Assembly: GCA_041736175.1 (NCBI GenBank)
Contig: JBGSUI010000234.1
Location: 33,394 to 97,393 of the forward strand
Length of the DNA stretch: 64,000 bases
Source of the DNA: Oligoflexales bacterium
Lineage (GTDB): Bacteria; Bdellovibrionota_B; Oligoflexia; Oligoflexales; CAIYRB01
Reading direction: 5' to 3'
Part shown: in pieces, positions 10,806 to 19,834 of the stretch
Numbering within the stretch: position 1 is the stretch's first letter
How the letters are laid out: the number at the start of each line of letters is the position of its first letter
Notes under the pieces: model-generated
Told to the model about the DNA's origin: nothing
The model's input: only the letters and a program-made list of their open reading frames with translations
The model's database searches: none
Made by a program: the position numbers and the translations under genes

Positions 10806-10808
10806 TCC

Positions 10809-12254
10809 ATGAAGACCATATGGATTTTGGCGGTTATGAGTTTTCTATCTTGCAGTGATGGGGGAGATGAGGTCACCCCAGCCATCATTGAAAAAGTTGA
10901 AAATAAAGGATCTATACTCGAATCTCCCCAATATGTTCTTGGGACCGTTGTCGTCCCGGGTTTAGAGTATGGATTGTGGGAAATTTGGGTTTATGACCAT
11001 ACAAGTCCCAAATTAGAAAGAATCAAGGTGTCCTCCCAAGGTCAATTTAAGATCCCTATGGCATTTTTTGGAATCGAACGAATCTACTCCTTCCACATCT
11101 TGGATCGCTATCAATGGATAGGAAGTCTCGTCTTTGGTAACGGAGCGAGTCAGAGTGAGTATATAAAATACCAGGGAGGGTTGGGGTTTGACGTAGGGGA
11201 GATCAAGGTACCGCTTGATACCTTTGGCCAACCTAAAAGCGAGCGGCTGCCGATAGCAACCACGATTGGTGGGGGATTTTCCATTGCTGAAGGTTCGAAT
11301 AAAAAGAGTTTTTTGGATTTCCGCCCTTTCGAAGGTCTAAACACCTTTGATTTAGGTTCTAGTCTGCGAATCAGTCATCCCGTAGACTTGTTGTATTCCT
11401 ATATCTTGGCCGAGTCCAATCCTAACCTGTATCTTAGTCATATCAACAGTTCGACCCATTTAGTCGTGAGAGTTCAAACAACCAGTCCCGATGTTTACCA
11501 GGATATGTCTCTCAATGATTCCGAAGAATCTCTCCAAAAGGCATCTTTGGTTGATGAGACCTACCAACCAAATCAGGATTTTTGGAGGCTCAAGTCTTTT
11601 TTGTTAGACAAGTCTGGTCCAGACTTTTTAAAGCGCTTTTATATAGGTAAGACACCAACTTTTTTAAGCTCTGTGATCCTAAGATTGGTACCCAAAGTAG
11701 GCTCCGTTAAATACCTTCCTGTTGCTCTGCAAGATCGAATTCTGATGCCTCCACGGATACAAGGGATTGCCTATGATGGCAAAACTCCCGATTCAATATT
11801 AGATTTTTCGGACCCAAAAGTCCTCAATGGATTGACCTCGCCTTTTTGCATCAAACCAAGTATGCAGCTTAGAATCGCACTGCCAAAAATCGAATCAACG
11901 AGATCCAAGTTTCCCCTAGAGACCCTCCATATCCTGATCACCTATCTTATGGAGGTTGCCCATGAACCCAAAGACCTTATACCAGAGCCGACCGATTTTC
12001 CGGAAACCTTCCAAAAAGACTTGGAAATCGACAGCCTGTCCAGGTGGCTTCCACAAAAACGATCACTGGTCTTTGATTTAGAGAATCTGACCGCAAACTA
12101 TGTCGATATAAAAATCCCTGCCGAGGTATTTTTGAAATCGATCAGGGGCAAAGAGGTTAGCGAACATCGTTTAGAAGTCCTTTTTAACAGCGCTACAAAT
12201 GCGTCAGAAACCTCAAGCGTCAGTCGATTCAAATATACATGCCAAGGTCTATAA
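10809..12254 (+). CDS. Hypothetical lipoprotein
   Basis: MKTIWILAVMSFLSC lipobox; starts 3 nt after the CHAT gene stop; no family recognised. Confidence 0.7.
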   Translation: MKTIWILAVMSFLSCSDGGDEVTPAIIEKVENKGSILESPQYVLGTVVVPGLEYGLWEIWVYDHTSPKLERIKVSSQGQFKIPMAFFGIERIYSFHILDRYQWIGSLVFGNGASQSEYIKYQGGLGFDVGEIKVPLDTFGQPKSERLPIATTIGGGFSIAEGSNKKSFLDFRPFEGLNTFDLGSSLRISHPVDLLYSYILAESNPNLYLSHINSSTHLVVRVQTTSPDVYQDMSLNDSEESLQKASLVDETYQPNQDFWRLKSFLLDKSGPDFLKRFYIGKTPTFLSSVILRLVPKVGSVKYLPVALQDRILMPPRIQGIAYDGKTPDSILDFSDPKVLNGLTSPFCIKPSMQLRIALPKIESTRSKFPLETLHILITYLMEVAHEPKDLIPEPTDFPETFQKDLEIDSLSRWLPQKRSLVFDLENLTANYVDIKIPAEVFLKSIRGKEVSEHRLEVLFNSATNASETSSVSRFKYTCQGL

Positions 12255-12284
12255 AACTGATCCCATGGGACCAAAAAAAGAGCC

Positions 12285-14471
12285 CTAAGCGGATTCCTTA
12301 GATTCTTGTTTTTCTCCGCCCATAAGCCCCACTTTTTCAATGGTGGCTCTAAATTGAAATCTAGGAGGCTTTGCAAGCATAGATTCAGCCCGTATATCGT
12401 ACTTTTCGGGATTATTAAATAATAGATAGCAACAAAGATCCCCACGCTCAATCGAAACGGAGCCTAAAAGGCCCAGATTTTGTTCTTCAAGAGTGGCTTC
12501 TTGGGAGTTTTCAGGTCCGCCATGACCACCATTGGGAGGTTTTGAGGTGGGTTCATCTGCTTTGAGTTTGAATTCAGTGCCTCTTTTTAAAGATAGGGTG
12601 AGGCGGTCGCTTAAGGATTTAGATTTTTTTGAGACCTTATTGTTCGGAAGCTTTTCAATTTCGCCTAAGATAGTATTAGCAGCCTCGAGATCTCCAGCTT
12701 TGATGACCGCCAGCGCTCGGTTGTAGTTGACTATGGCCACCAAATCGACTTGGTCATCGGGTATAGACTCAGCGGTTTTCTTATAGATCTCGATCGCATC
12801 TTTTGGAAAGCCTACTTTGGCGTAGGACACAGCTTTATTGTTCATATAGGAAATCAATCCATCGAGAGCATCAATGGATTTCATCAGGTCTTTTGCCGAT
12901 TTGGTATCGCCCGTAGCCAAAGCGACTCTTACTTCGGCCTCTTTCACAATCTGCGCATCGGGATCGAGGGTTTTAGCTTTTTCTAGGTCTTTTGTAGCTC
13001 CGGAATTGTCACCAAGTTCGGTTTTGACTTCAGCGAGATTGCACAGTCTTTCGATGTTGACAGGACTGAGCTTTTGGGCCTTCTCAAAACATTTTTGGGC
13101 TGAGACATAGTCTTTAAGTCGCATAAAGGACTTACCTAACACATTGAGTGCAAGAATGCTGTCCCCCGACAATTTGATGGAGTCGATGGAAAGATTTCGC
13201 GCGCCTAGATAGTCTGCCCGTTGGTAGGCCAGTTCTGCTTCAACAAGTTTCTTTTTTCCTGGCAAGACGGTTGGGTCGGCTAAGAATCTCTGCAAAATGG
13301 GCTCATAGATGTCCTTCTTATTTGCTTTTATAGCTGAGCGGACCTTTCTCTCCATAGTTTGGTGCTCTGTGGGCATTCTTTCTTGTTGGATCGTCCAGAC
13401 TAAAGTCGGTAAGAAATCTTCCCTGCGAATGGGTTTTCTAACGATATTCGAAATGCCTATCTCTTTGACGAGGGGCATGTCGTCAGCCTGAATTAAAGAA
13501 CTCATAACGATAATTGGGACATTGCAGAACCCATGCTGCCTAATCCTTTGGAGGAGCAGGGGACCCGTAATACCAGGGATCTTCCACTCCATCAGGATCA
13601 ACGATGGTTCTTTTTCAGCCTTGGATATATACGCCCAAGCCTCTTCGCCTCCAGCAAAATCAGCAATGTCAGTGACGCCGAGCTTGGTAAATATATCTTT
13701 TGCAATACTGCGGACTGAGTCATCTGAATCTATAATCAAACAGGTACCTAGGCCTAACACGTTTTCTCCGGCAGGCATCTCAGTCAATGCTGGCAAGGGC
13801 TCTCCAAAGAGCTTTTTAGCGGCACCACTTACATCGTCCGCCTTTTTTTCGTCGAGCAATCGGGCTTGGAGGAGAGTTGTCTTTGCTGCATCAGTCTTAC
13901 CGAGTTTATGGAGGGGTTCAGCCATGTTTATCAGGATGTCAGGATCACCGGGGAAGATCTCCAGCAGCCCTTTTTCTAGGGCTAACTGCATTGAAAATAG
14001 ACTCTTACTGCTGAGATACAGTCTAAAATAATGGGCCGCAGTAAGCTGATCTTTATACTGGTCTTGTTCCATCCTCAAGAAAAGCGTCTTTAGCTCTTCG
14101 CCGTAGGTATCTTTAGTAAACGGTTTAGAATGCCAAGAGAGGAGTCCTAAGGAGAAGGCTAGGGGGATGACGTACTGTTCTTCTTGGTCCAAAAAAATCG
14201 AGATTCTGGTCTTTTTAAGTTGGGGATGCTCGGAGCAAACTTTAAGCAAGTGCATGCCGTTAGCTGGCTGATCAGCGCTGAGGGGGATAATAATCCAATC
14301 AACTTTTTCTGTTTCGAGATGCTGCATAGCTTCGAGGATGGTGGATCGTCCTTCGGCCATTTCAAACCCTAAGGCGGACCTTAAGGTGTCGGCCATCATC
14401 TGGCGAACAGGACCTGAGGCGTCGACAGCGAGGACTTTACAGGTTTTCTTATCGGAAAAAGGGTTTGCCAT
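12285..14471 (-). CDS. Two receiver-like domains plus TPR repeats (atypical response regulator)
   Basis: REC1 KVLAVDASGPVR...KPFT. REC2 CLIIDSDDSVR...LILMEWKIPGITG...KPI. TPRs such as ALNVLGKSFMRLKDYVSAQKCFEKAQKLSP. Confidence 0.8.
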   Translation of the reverse strand: MANPFSDKKTCKVLAVDASGPVRQMMADTLRSALGFEMAEGRSTILEAMQHLETEKVDWIIIPLSADQPANGMHLLKVCSEHPQLKKTRISIFLDQEEQYVIPLAFSLGLLSWHSKPFTKDTYGEELKTLFLRMEQDQYKDQLTAAHYFRLYLSSKSLFSMQLALEKGLLEIFPGDPDILINMAEPLHKLGKTDAAKTTLLQARLLDEKKADDVSGAAKKLFGEPLPALTEMPAGENVLGLGTCLIIDSDDSVRSIAKDIFTKLGVTDIADFAGGEEAWAYISKAEKEPSLILMEWKIPGITGPLLLQRIRQHGFCNVPIIVMSSLIQADDMPLVKEIGISNIVRKPIRREDFLPTLVWTIQQERMPTEHQTMERKVRSAIKANKKDIYEPILQRFLADPTVLPGKKKLVEAELAYQRADYLGARNLSIDSIKLSGDSILALNVLGKSFMRLKDYVSAQKCFEKAQKLSPVNIERLCNLAEVKTELGDNSGATKDLEKAKTLDPDAQIVKEAEVRVALATGDTKSAKDLMKSIDALDGLISYMNNKAVSYAKVGFPKDAIEIYKKTAESIPDDQVDLVAIVNYNRALAVIKAGDLEAANTILGEIEKLPNNKVSKKSKSLSDRLTLSLKRGTEFKLKADEPTSKPPNGGHGGPENSQEATLEEQNLGLLGSVSIERGDLCCYLLFNNPEKYDIRAESMLAKPPRFQFRATIEKVGLMGGEKQESKESA

Positions 14472-14607
14472 TGTTATCTACCTGTATTGATTAGTTATAT
14501 TTTAGAATTGTTCCATTGATGGCGTCAAATTTGATCGGCTTGTTTGCCTTTTATCCTTAATATTCTCCACTAGAAGGGTTATCTTTGTCATCACATGGAC
14601 AAAGACC

Positions 14608-15663
14608 ATGACTCCTACCTCTTCGTTGCATAAGGACTCCAGACCTTTGAAATACAAGAATTTAATGATCAACGTTTTAAAAATGTCATTTGTAGGGTCG
14701 ATTCTATACTGGCTGGCAGCCTCGGGCCGACTTGACTTTAACCAACTCAAAATCCTTTTGAAAAATCCAACGATTCTTGTAGCTAATATTGCCCTTTGGC
14801 TCTTTGCCTATCTCATCCTGGGAGCCTTTCGATGGTACCTTCTGTTGCGGGGGCAGGGTCTTATTCTAAACTTTTTGCAAGTCATCAGACTCCAGCTGAT
14901 TGGTTTTTTCTTTAACACGGCGATCCCAGGAGCTGTCGGTGGGGATATCATCAAGGCAGTCTATGTGATTAAGGGGCTCCAGTCTGATCGTAAAACTCCC
15001 GCAATGCTTACCATTCTGCTCGATCGGATTATGGGTCTTGCCGCACTTTTTTATATTGGCGCCTTTTCGATTCTTATGAGTCTCGATTTTTTTCTGAGTC
15101 AACCCGTGTTGTTGCCTTTGGTGATCTTTGTATTAGTCGGAACCATCGCGTCCATGCTCGGTATTTGCTGGGTGTTGTTTATAAATGATAAATATGACTT
15201 TATTGCGCGCCTGACCAAGAAAAAATTTCCGGGTGTCAACACGTTGGCAGGTATTTATAATGCTATCAAAGTTTACCGCGCGAAACCAATTGTTATTCTA
15301 CAAACGTTGCTTATTGGGATTACGATCCAAGGGCTGGCGGTCAGCTACGGACTGTTTCTGACTCAATCTTTGACGGGGTTGACGCCTAATCCCCTAAAAT
15401 TTTGTGCGGTCTATGCGGTCGCTGTAATGACGACGGCACTTCCCTTAGCTCCAGGGGGCCTAGGGGTGGGGCATGTTGCTTTTGAAAAACTCCTCCTGTT
15501 AATCAATGTCCCAGGAGGAGCTAATATATTTAATGTCATGGTTCTCGTGCAGCTGATATTAAATTTACTCGGGTTTATTCCATACTTAAACTTTAAATCG
15601 CAAAATTTACAGGGCTCGGACCAGGCAGTCTCACTTGATATCACTCCTAAGTCTTCCTATTGA
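14608..15663 (+). CDS. Lysylphosphatidylglycerol synthase TM / flippase-like (UPF0104) membrane protein
   Basis: FRWYLLL, IGFFFNTAIPGAVGGDIIKA, LLDRIMGL, LPLAPGGLGVGH; multiple TM helices. Confidence 0.85.
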   Translation: MTPTSSLHKDSRPLKYKNLMINVLKMSFVGSILYWLAASGRLDFNQLKILLKNPTILVANIALWLFAYLILGAFRWYLLLRGQGLILNFLQVIRLQLIGFFFNTAIPGAVGGDIIKAVYVIKGLQSDRKTPAMLTILLDRIMGLAALFYIGAFSILMSLDFFLSQPVLLPLVIFVLVGTIASMLGICWVLFINDKYDFIARLTKKKFPGVNTLAGIYNAIKVYRAKPIVILQTLLIGITIQGLAVSYGLFLTQSLTGLTPNPLKFCAVYAVAVMTTALPLAPGGLGVGHVAFEKLLLLINVPGGANIFNVMVLVQLILNLLGFIPYLNFKSQNLQGSDQAVSLDITPKSSY

Positions 15664-15864
15664 GGGTGCTCGGGGTGTTTAGAGATTAGGCATGAGCGCA
15701 CTTTGAACTTGAGTTTTCTTTTAAGCAAGAATTCAAGTGGCTTGTCATAACTAATTTAATAGTTACCGTCTACACTTTAGACTCTGAGCCATGTAGATCT
15801 GGCAACCTTGCACTCTTAACATTCCAAAACAATTAGGGAATCTAAGGGGGCCGACATCTGGGAG

Positions 15865-15881
15865 TTGGTACAATAATTGCA
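15865..15881 (+). promoter_or_regulatory. Putative sigma54 -24/-12 promoter
   Basis: TTGGTACAATAATTGCA with exact GG-N10-GC spacing, about 50 nt before the ATG at 15933. Confidence 0.6.
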
Positions 15882-15932
15882 TGTACACTATAGATCTGCT
15901 CCTCAATATCGCCTTAAGAAGGAAGGTTTAAA

Positions 15933-16553
15933 ATGAGACACCTTAACCGCCCCAAGTATGTCATCGTTGGAACACTCAGTTTGATTTACCTTTTCTGTGG
16001 GATTTATATAGGCTGTGAACCGGACAAACAAAAAAAGAAAAACCCTCCTCCGGCTGCGAAGACCCCTGAAACTACTTCTACAGAAAAAAAGGATCCTAAA
16101 GATGAAAACGCTGGGGGCGCGGATGATAAAGACAAAGACCCCAAATCTAATGGAGCAAGCGCCACTGAAGATGACGAGGAAAATCTGGACGGTGATGAAA
16201 GCGAAGGGTTAGGAGCATCAGGATCAAGTTCCTCCAAAAGTAGTTTCACTTTAAAGTTTACAAGTCAGACCAAAGTAAGGGCCTTTTGTTCTATACCTTC
16301 AAATACTTTACTTAATCTGGTCAAGAGCCTCGATGGATTGAGTTCTTCTGATCTTAAGGGAATTGCTAATTCGAAGATTGGGAAATTATTCACCTATGAC
16401 CAGATCAAGGGATTCAAATCTTTAGCCGGAACTATTAAATTGTCACAGATTAATAGTTTAAAGTCTCAAATATGCAATGGTGCGGGCGGTGGGAACGGTG
16501 ATGAAGAAGTTGAAGAAGATGTAGTTGAAGAAGAGGTAGACGATGAAGGCTAA
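15933..16553 (+). CDS. Hypothetical lipoprotein with low-complexity acidic regions
   Basis: AAGGAAGG RBS; hydrophobic N-terminus ending YIGC; D/E-rich linker and tail. Confidence 0.65.
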   Translation: MRHLNRPKYVIVGTLSLIYLFCGIYIGCEPDKQKKKNPPPAAKTPETTSTEKKDPKDENAGGADDKDKDPKSNGASATEDDEENLDGDESEGLGASGSSSSKSSFTLKFTSQTKVRAFCSIPSNTLLNLVKSLDGLSSSDLKGIANSKIGKLFTYDQIKGFKSLAGTIKLSQINSLKSQICNGAGGGNGDEEVEEDVVEEEVDDEG

Positions 16554-16827
16554 TTCAGAAAGGACCTCCTTAAATAGCGAAGCTATGTTGCATCAAATCG
16601 AACTATTAAGGGCTTCCTGTGACCGCAACAGCCCTGAACTAGCAGTAACCCTTGCTCGACAACTCGGTGGGAGAGCCCGCCTCTATGGAATGGACTATAT
16701 TGCCAGCTTGACAGAGCGCCTAGAGTTTGCGGTCCTCAACAAACAACCCACGGCAGTCGACGAATATCTAAAGACCCTTGAGGATCTCATTATTATTCCT
16801 CCAAACGCGGTCCAGTTAAGTCTATAA
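16543..16827 (+). CDS. Hpt-like four-helix protein lacking the phosphoacceptor His
   Basis: LARQLGGRARLYGMDYIASLTERLE aligns to the Hpt consensus aH-LKGsa--G---l------lE; GAGG RBS; overlaps upstream stop. Confidence 0.55.
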   Translation: MKANSERTSLNSEAMLHQIELLRASCDRNSPELAVTLARQLGGRARLYGMDYIASLTERLEFAVLNKQPTAVDEYLKTLEDLIIIPPNAVQLSL

Positions 16828-16958
16828 AATAGACGTAACTCTGTGGGCGGTTGTCAGATACTAAACACATTATCTTTTATCTTGGTGTGGTGATCATCTT
16901 ATGATAAGATAGAGGTACTCGCCCTTATCATCTGCAATCCCCAGCTAGGTCACCTCCA

Positions 16959-18137
16959 ATGGAAATAAAGACTTTCGAGGCTTTCAGCATGAAAGATGCT
17001 GTAAAGGCATTGAAAAAGGACTTTGGGTCTGATGCCGTTATTCTATCGACTAAGGAAAAACCCTCGGTTTCTGGCCGTGGCAAGATCTACGAAGTGACTG
17101 CTGCTGCTTCTGGTAGTGTGAAGCGGGATCACCACACCAAGTCGCGGACAGATCCAGAGATTCATACCTATTTAGAAGCTATTTTAAATCGAATGAATCA
17201 TTTTATGGATCTAATGCCCTCTAAAGCCACTGCTCAATCAACAGATGCTGGGATTTCAGAGATTAAACTGTATCTTATGGAAGTCCTTAAAACCAAGGCG
17301 GGAAGCCAGTTTGAGGGTTTGAGTCCCGATCTGTTTGCGGTCGAAAGGCACCTAAGAATCATGGGTGTTGCAGAGGGCTCCATTACAGAGTTAATCAAGC
17401 ATCTTCAAGGGATATCACAGATAACTAAAAATGCAGTAGATTCGCAACCTATAAATGATTCCATGTCTATACGCGAGGACATCAAGAGTGAAGCCTTTAA
17501 ATGGATGTTTAAGCAGATCAGAATAGCGCCAAAATGGACTGTGGAATCGAATATCAATCAGCTTAAAGTCCTTATCGGCCCCTATGGCGCAGGTAAATCA
17601 ACTCTTATAGAGAAACTAGCTTCTCATTTTTATAAGCGAGAAAAGCTCCCCGTTCAGGTCGTGACCCTCGATGATTCACGCCTGGCAGGGTCAGACCAAA
17701 TGCGCATTTTTTGCAAAATTCTCGGTGTCCCCTTTTATAATGCAAAAGATCCTTCTGATATCTCGTCACTCTTCAAAAGTAACAGCAATACCCACCTGAC
17801 CCTTGTGGATACACCAGGATTCGGTCCCCGTGACTCTGAGGCCTTACAAAAGATAAAGTCTTTTTTCGGAAAAGACTTAGAAATCGAATTCCATCTATGT
17901 TTGTCTTCCACCGAAAAGGAATCCTATTCGGAACAAATCGTAAAACATGCGATGAAGCTCGGACTATCGAGTCTTTCTTTTACAAAATTAGATCAGACAC
18001 CTACCTATGGTGAGCTCTTCAATCTTACAAAACGCTGGTCGATTCCCCTTGGGTATTTTACTTATGGCAACGGGATCCCAACAGATATCGAGCGAGCAAG
18101 TAAAGAACGCGTCATTGAGAGAATCTTTGGTATCTAA
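16959..18137 (+). CDS. flhF: Flagellar biosynthesis SRP-type GTPase FlhF
   Basis: N-terminus MEIKTFEAFSMKDAVKALKKDFGSDAVILS; GPYGAGKST, DTPG, FTKLD; upstream of flhG-fliA. Confidence 0.9.
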   Translation: MEIKTFEAFSMKDAVKALKKDFGSDAVILSTKEKPSVSGRGKIYEVTAAASGSVKRDHHTKSRTDPEIHTYLEAILNRMNHFMDLMPSKATAQSTDAGISEIKLYLMEVLKTKAGSQFEGLSPDLFAVERHLRIMGVAEGSITELIKHLQGISQITKNAVDSQPINDSMSIREDIKSEAFKWMFKQIRIAPKWTVESNINQLKVLIGPYGAGKSTLIEKLASHFYKREKLPVQVVTLDDSRLAGSDQMRIFCKILGVPFYNAKDPSDISSLFKSNSNTHLTLVDTPGFGPRDSEALQKIKSFFGKDLEIEFHLCLSSTEKESYSEQIVKHAMKLGLSSLSFTKLDQTPTYGELFNLTKRWSIPLGYFTYGNGIPTDIERASKERVIERIFGI

Positions 18138-18167
18138 AAAGTTAGCTTAACGGATTGAGGTCTTGCA

Positions 18168-19001
18168 ATGGTGGCGCGAATCATAAGTGTTACAAGCGGC
18201 AAGGGAGGGGTGGGTAAGACACTGTCTACGGTCAGTCTGGCTTTTTTAGCTCAAAAATCTGGAAAGCGTGTCTTGATTTTCGATGGTGATCTAGGACTGT
18301 CTAACGTCGACGTCGTGATGGGTTTACGGCCTCGGTTTACCCTAAGAGATGTCCTGGATGGAAACGCTGAATTAACGGATATTATTGTAGAGGACCCCTC
18401 TGGTATCAAAGTGATTTCGTCAGGATCAGGAATCGCCAGCCTTAATCAATTGAGCACCATGGAAAAGACGATATTGATGGATCAATGTCGAAGTATATCT
18501 GATGATTTCGACCTAATGCTTATAGATACCGGTGCTGGAATCAGTGATAACGTCATTCAATTAAATTCTCTAGCACATTTAAATCTCGTCGTCACAACCC
18601 CAGAGCCACATGCGATTACTGATGCCTATGCCATTATTAAAGTTCTGTCGGAAACAACTCATAAAAAATTGTTTCATTTGTTGGTTAACCAATCCAGGTC
18701 TCAGCAAGAAGCGCTAAAGGTCTTTGAGAGAATTGCCGAAGTCTCTGATAGATTCCTGGGATCTAAAGTTGTCAATGTGGGATATGTGCCCTTCGATCCC
18801 GAAATTCAAATCAATGTATTAAGACGCTCTATGACACACCATCGGATTTCACATACAGTTTCGGGCCAGGCATGGCAGCGAGTGTTGCAGTTTATCTATC
18901 AGGAACCGGGAGCTGTTAAAAAGCAGGTGGCGGCTGATTTTGGGGCGTTTTGGGTCGATCTAATTCAGAATCATAATCATAAATTTCTGTATTCTAAATA
19001 G
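18168..19001 (+). CDS. flhG: MinD-like flagellar number regulator FlhG/FleN
   Basis: TSGKGGVGKT, DGDLGLSNVD, IDTGAGIS, TPEPHAITDAYAIIK. Confidence 0.92.
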   Translation: MVARIISVTSGKGGVGKTLSTVSLAFLAQKSGKRVLIFDGDLGLSNVDVVMGLRPRFTLRDVLDGNAELTDIIVEDPSGIKVISSGSGIASLNQLSTMEKTILMDQCRSISDDFDLMLIDTGAGISDNVIQLNSLAHLNLVVTTPEPHAITDAYAIIKVLSETTHKKLFHLLVNQSRSQQEALKVFERIAEVSDRFLGSKVVNVGYVPFDPEIQINVLRRSMTHHRISHTVSGQAWQRVLQFIYQEPGAVKKQVAADFGAFWVDLIQNHNHKFLYSK

Positions 19002-19044
19002 AAGGTCTTAAACTGCCTATTTTAAGTCCAGATGGGGAGGGATT

Positions 19045-19803
19045 TTGAAGGGGCTCGTAAAAAGGTACAAACAAGATACTCAAGGGGTCGACGGTAAACT
19101 TCGTGACCAGCTCATTATGGATTATGCCCCTTTAATTAGGTTCGTAGCCCAGAGAATAGCGGCGAGGCTTCCGTCCAATATAGATATCGACGACCTAATC
19201 AGTGCTGGTGTGATTGGGCTTATGGATGCCATAGAAAAATACGATCCGAGTCGGGACAACAAATTCAAAACTTACGCTGAATTTCGCATAAGAGGTGCGA
19301 TTTTAGATGAATTAAGGTCTCAAGATTGGGTTCCAAGATCGGTGAGGGACAAGGCGAAGAAAATCGAAAAGACCTACCAAGAACTTGAACAGAGGTACGG
19401 AAGAGCTGTGAGCGATTCTGAGGTTTCCGAGTCCCTTGGAATGGATATTGAATCTTATTATGGAATGGTTGCCAAAGTAAAAGCAGTGACCATGCTTTCG
19501 ATTGACGAGCTTACCGGACCAAACAACCAAGATCGAAAGAGTCTCTTGGAATGTTTGGAAAACGTTGGTTCTAAAAATCCGTTTACCCAGCTTAAAAGTA
19601 AGGGGGTAAGGCAACTTCTCATGAAAAATATTGAGGATCTTCCAGAAAAGCAAAAACTAGTACTTTCTCTTTACTACTACGAAGATCTTAATTTGAAAGA
19701 AATTGGTAAGATTTTAGAAGTGACGGAGTCTAGGGTGAGTCAGCTTCATACCCAGGCTGTGACAAAATTGCGACAAAAACTAAAGAATATCTTGGTGGAA
19801 TAG
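19045..19803 (+). CDS. fliA: RNA polymerase sigma-28 factor FliA
   Basis: DDLISAGVIGLMDAIEKYDP, YAEFRIRGAILDELRSQDWVPRS, LKEIGKILEVTESRVSQLH. Confidence 0.95.
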   Translation: MKGLVKRYKQDTQGVDGKLRDQLIMDYAPLIRFVAQRIAARLPSNIDIDDLISAGVIGLMDAIEKYDPSRDNKFKTYAEFRIRGAILDELRSQDWVPRSVRDKAKKIEKTYQELEQRYGRAVSDSEVSESLGMDIESYYGMVAKVKAVTMLSIDELTGPNNQDRKSLLECLENVGSKNPFTQLKSKGVRQLLMKNIEDLPEKQKLVLSLYYYEDLNLKEIGKILEVTESRVSQLHTQAVTKLRQKLKNILVE

Positions 19804-19834
19804 CTTATTTTGTTATTTTTTCGGAGGGTCTCCC

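Noticed and set aside
15830..15857. sigma28 promoters at GCCGACAT (15850) and upstream of the DUF4360 gene (about 36812-36835)
   Set aside because: No TAAA-like -35 element at the right spacing.
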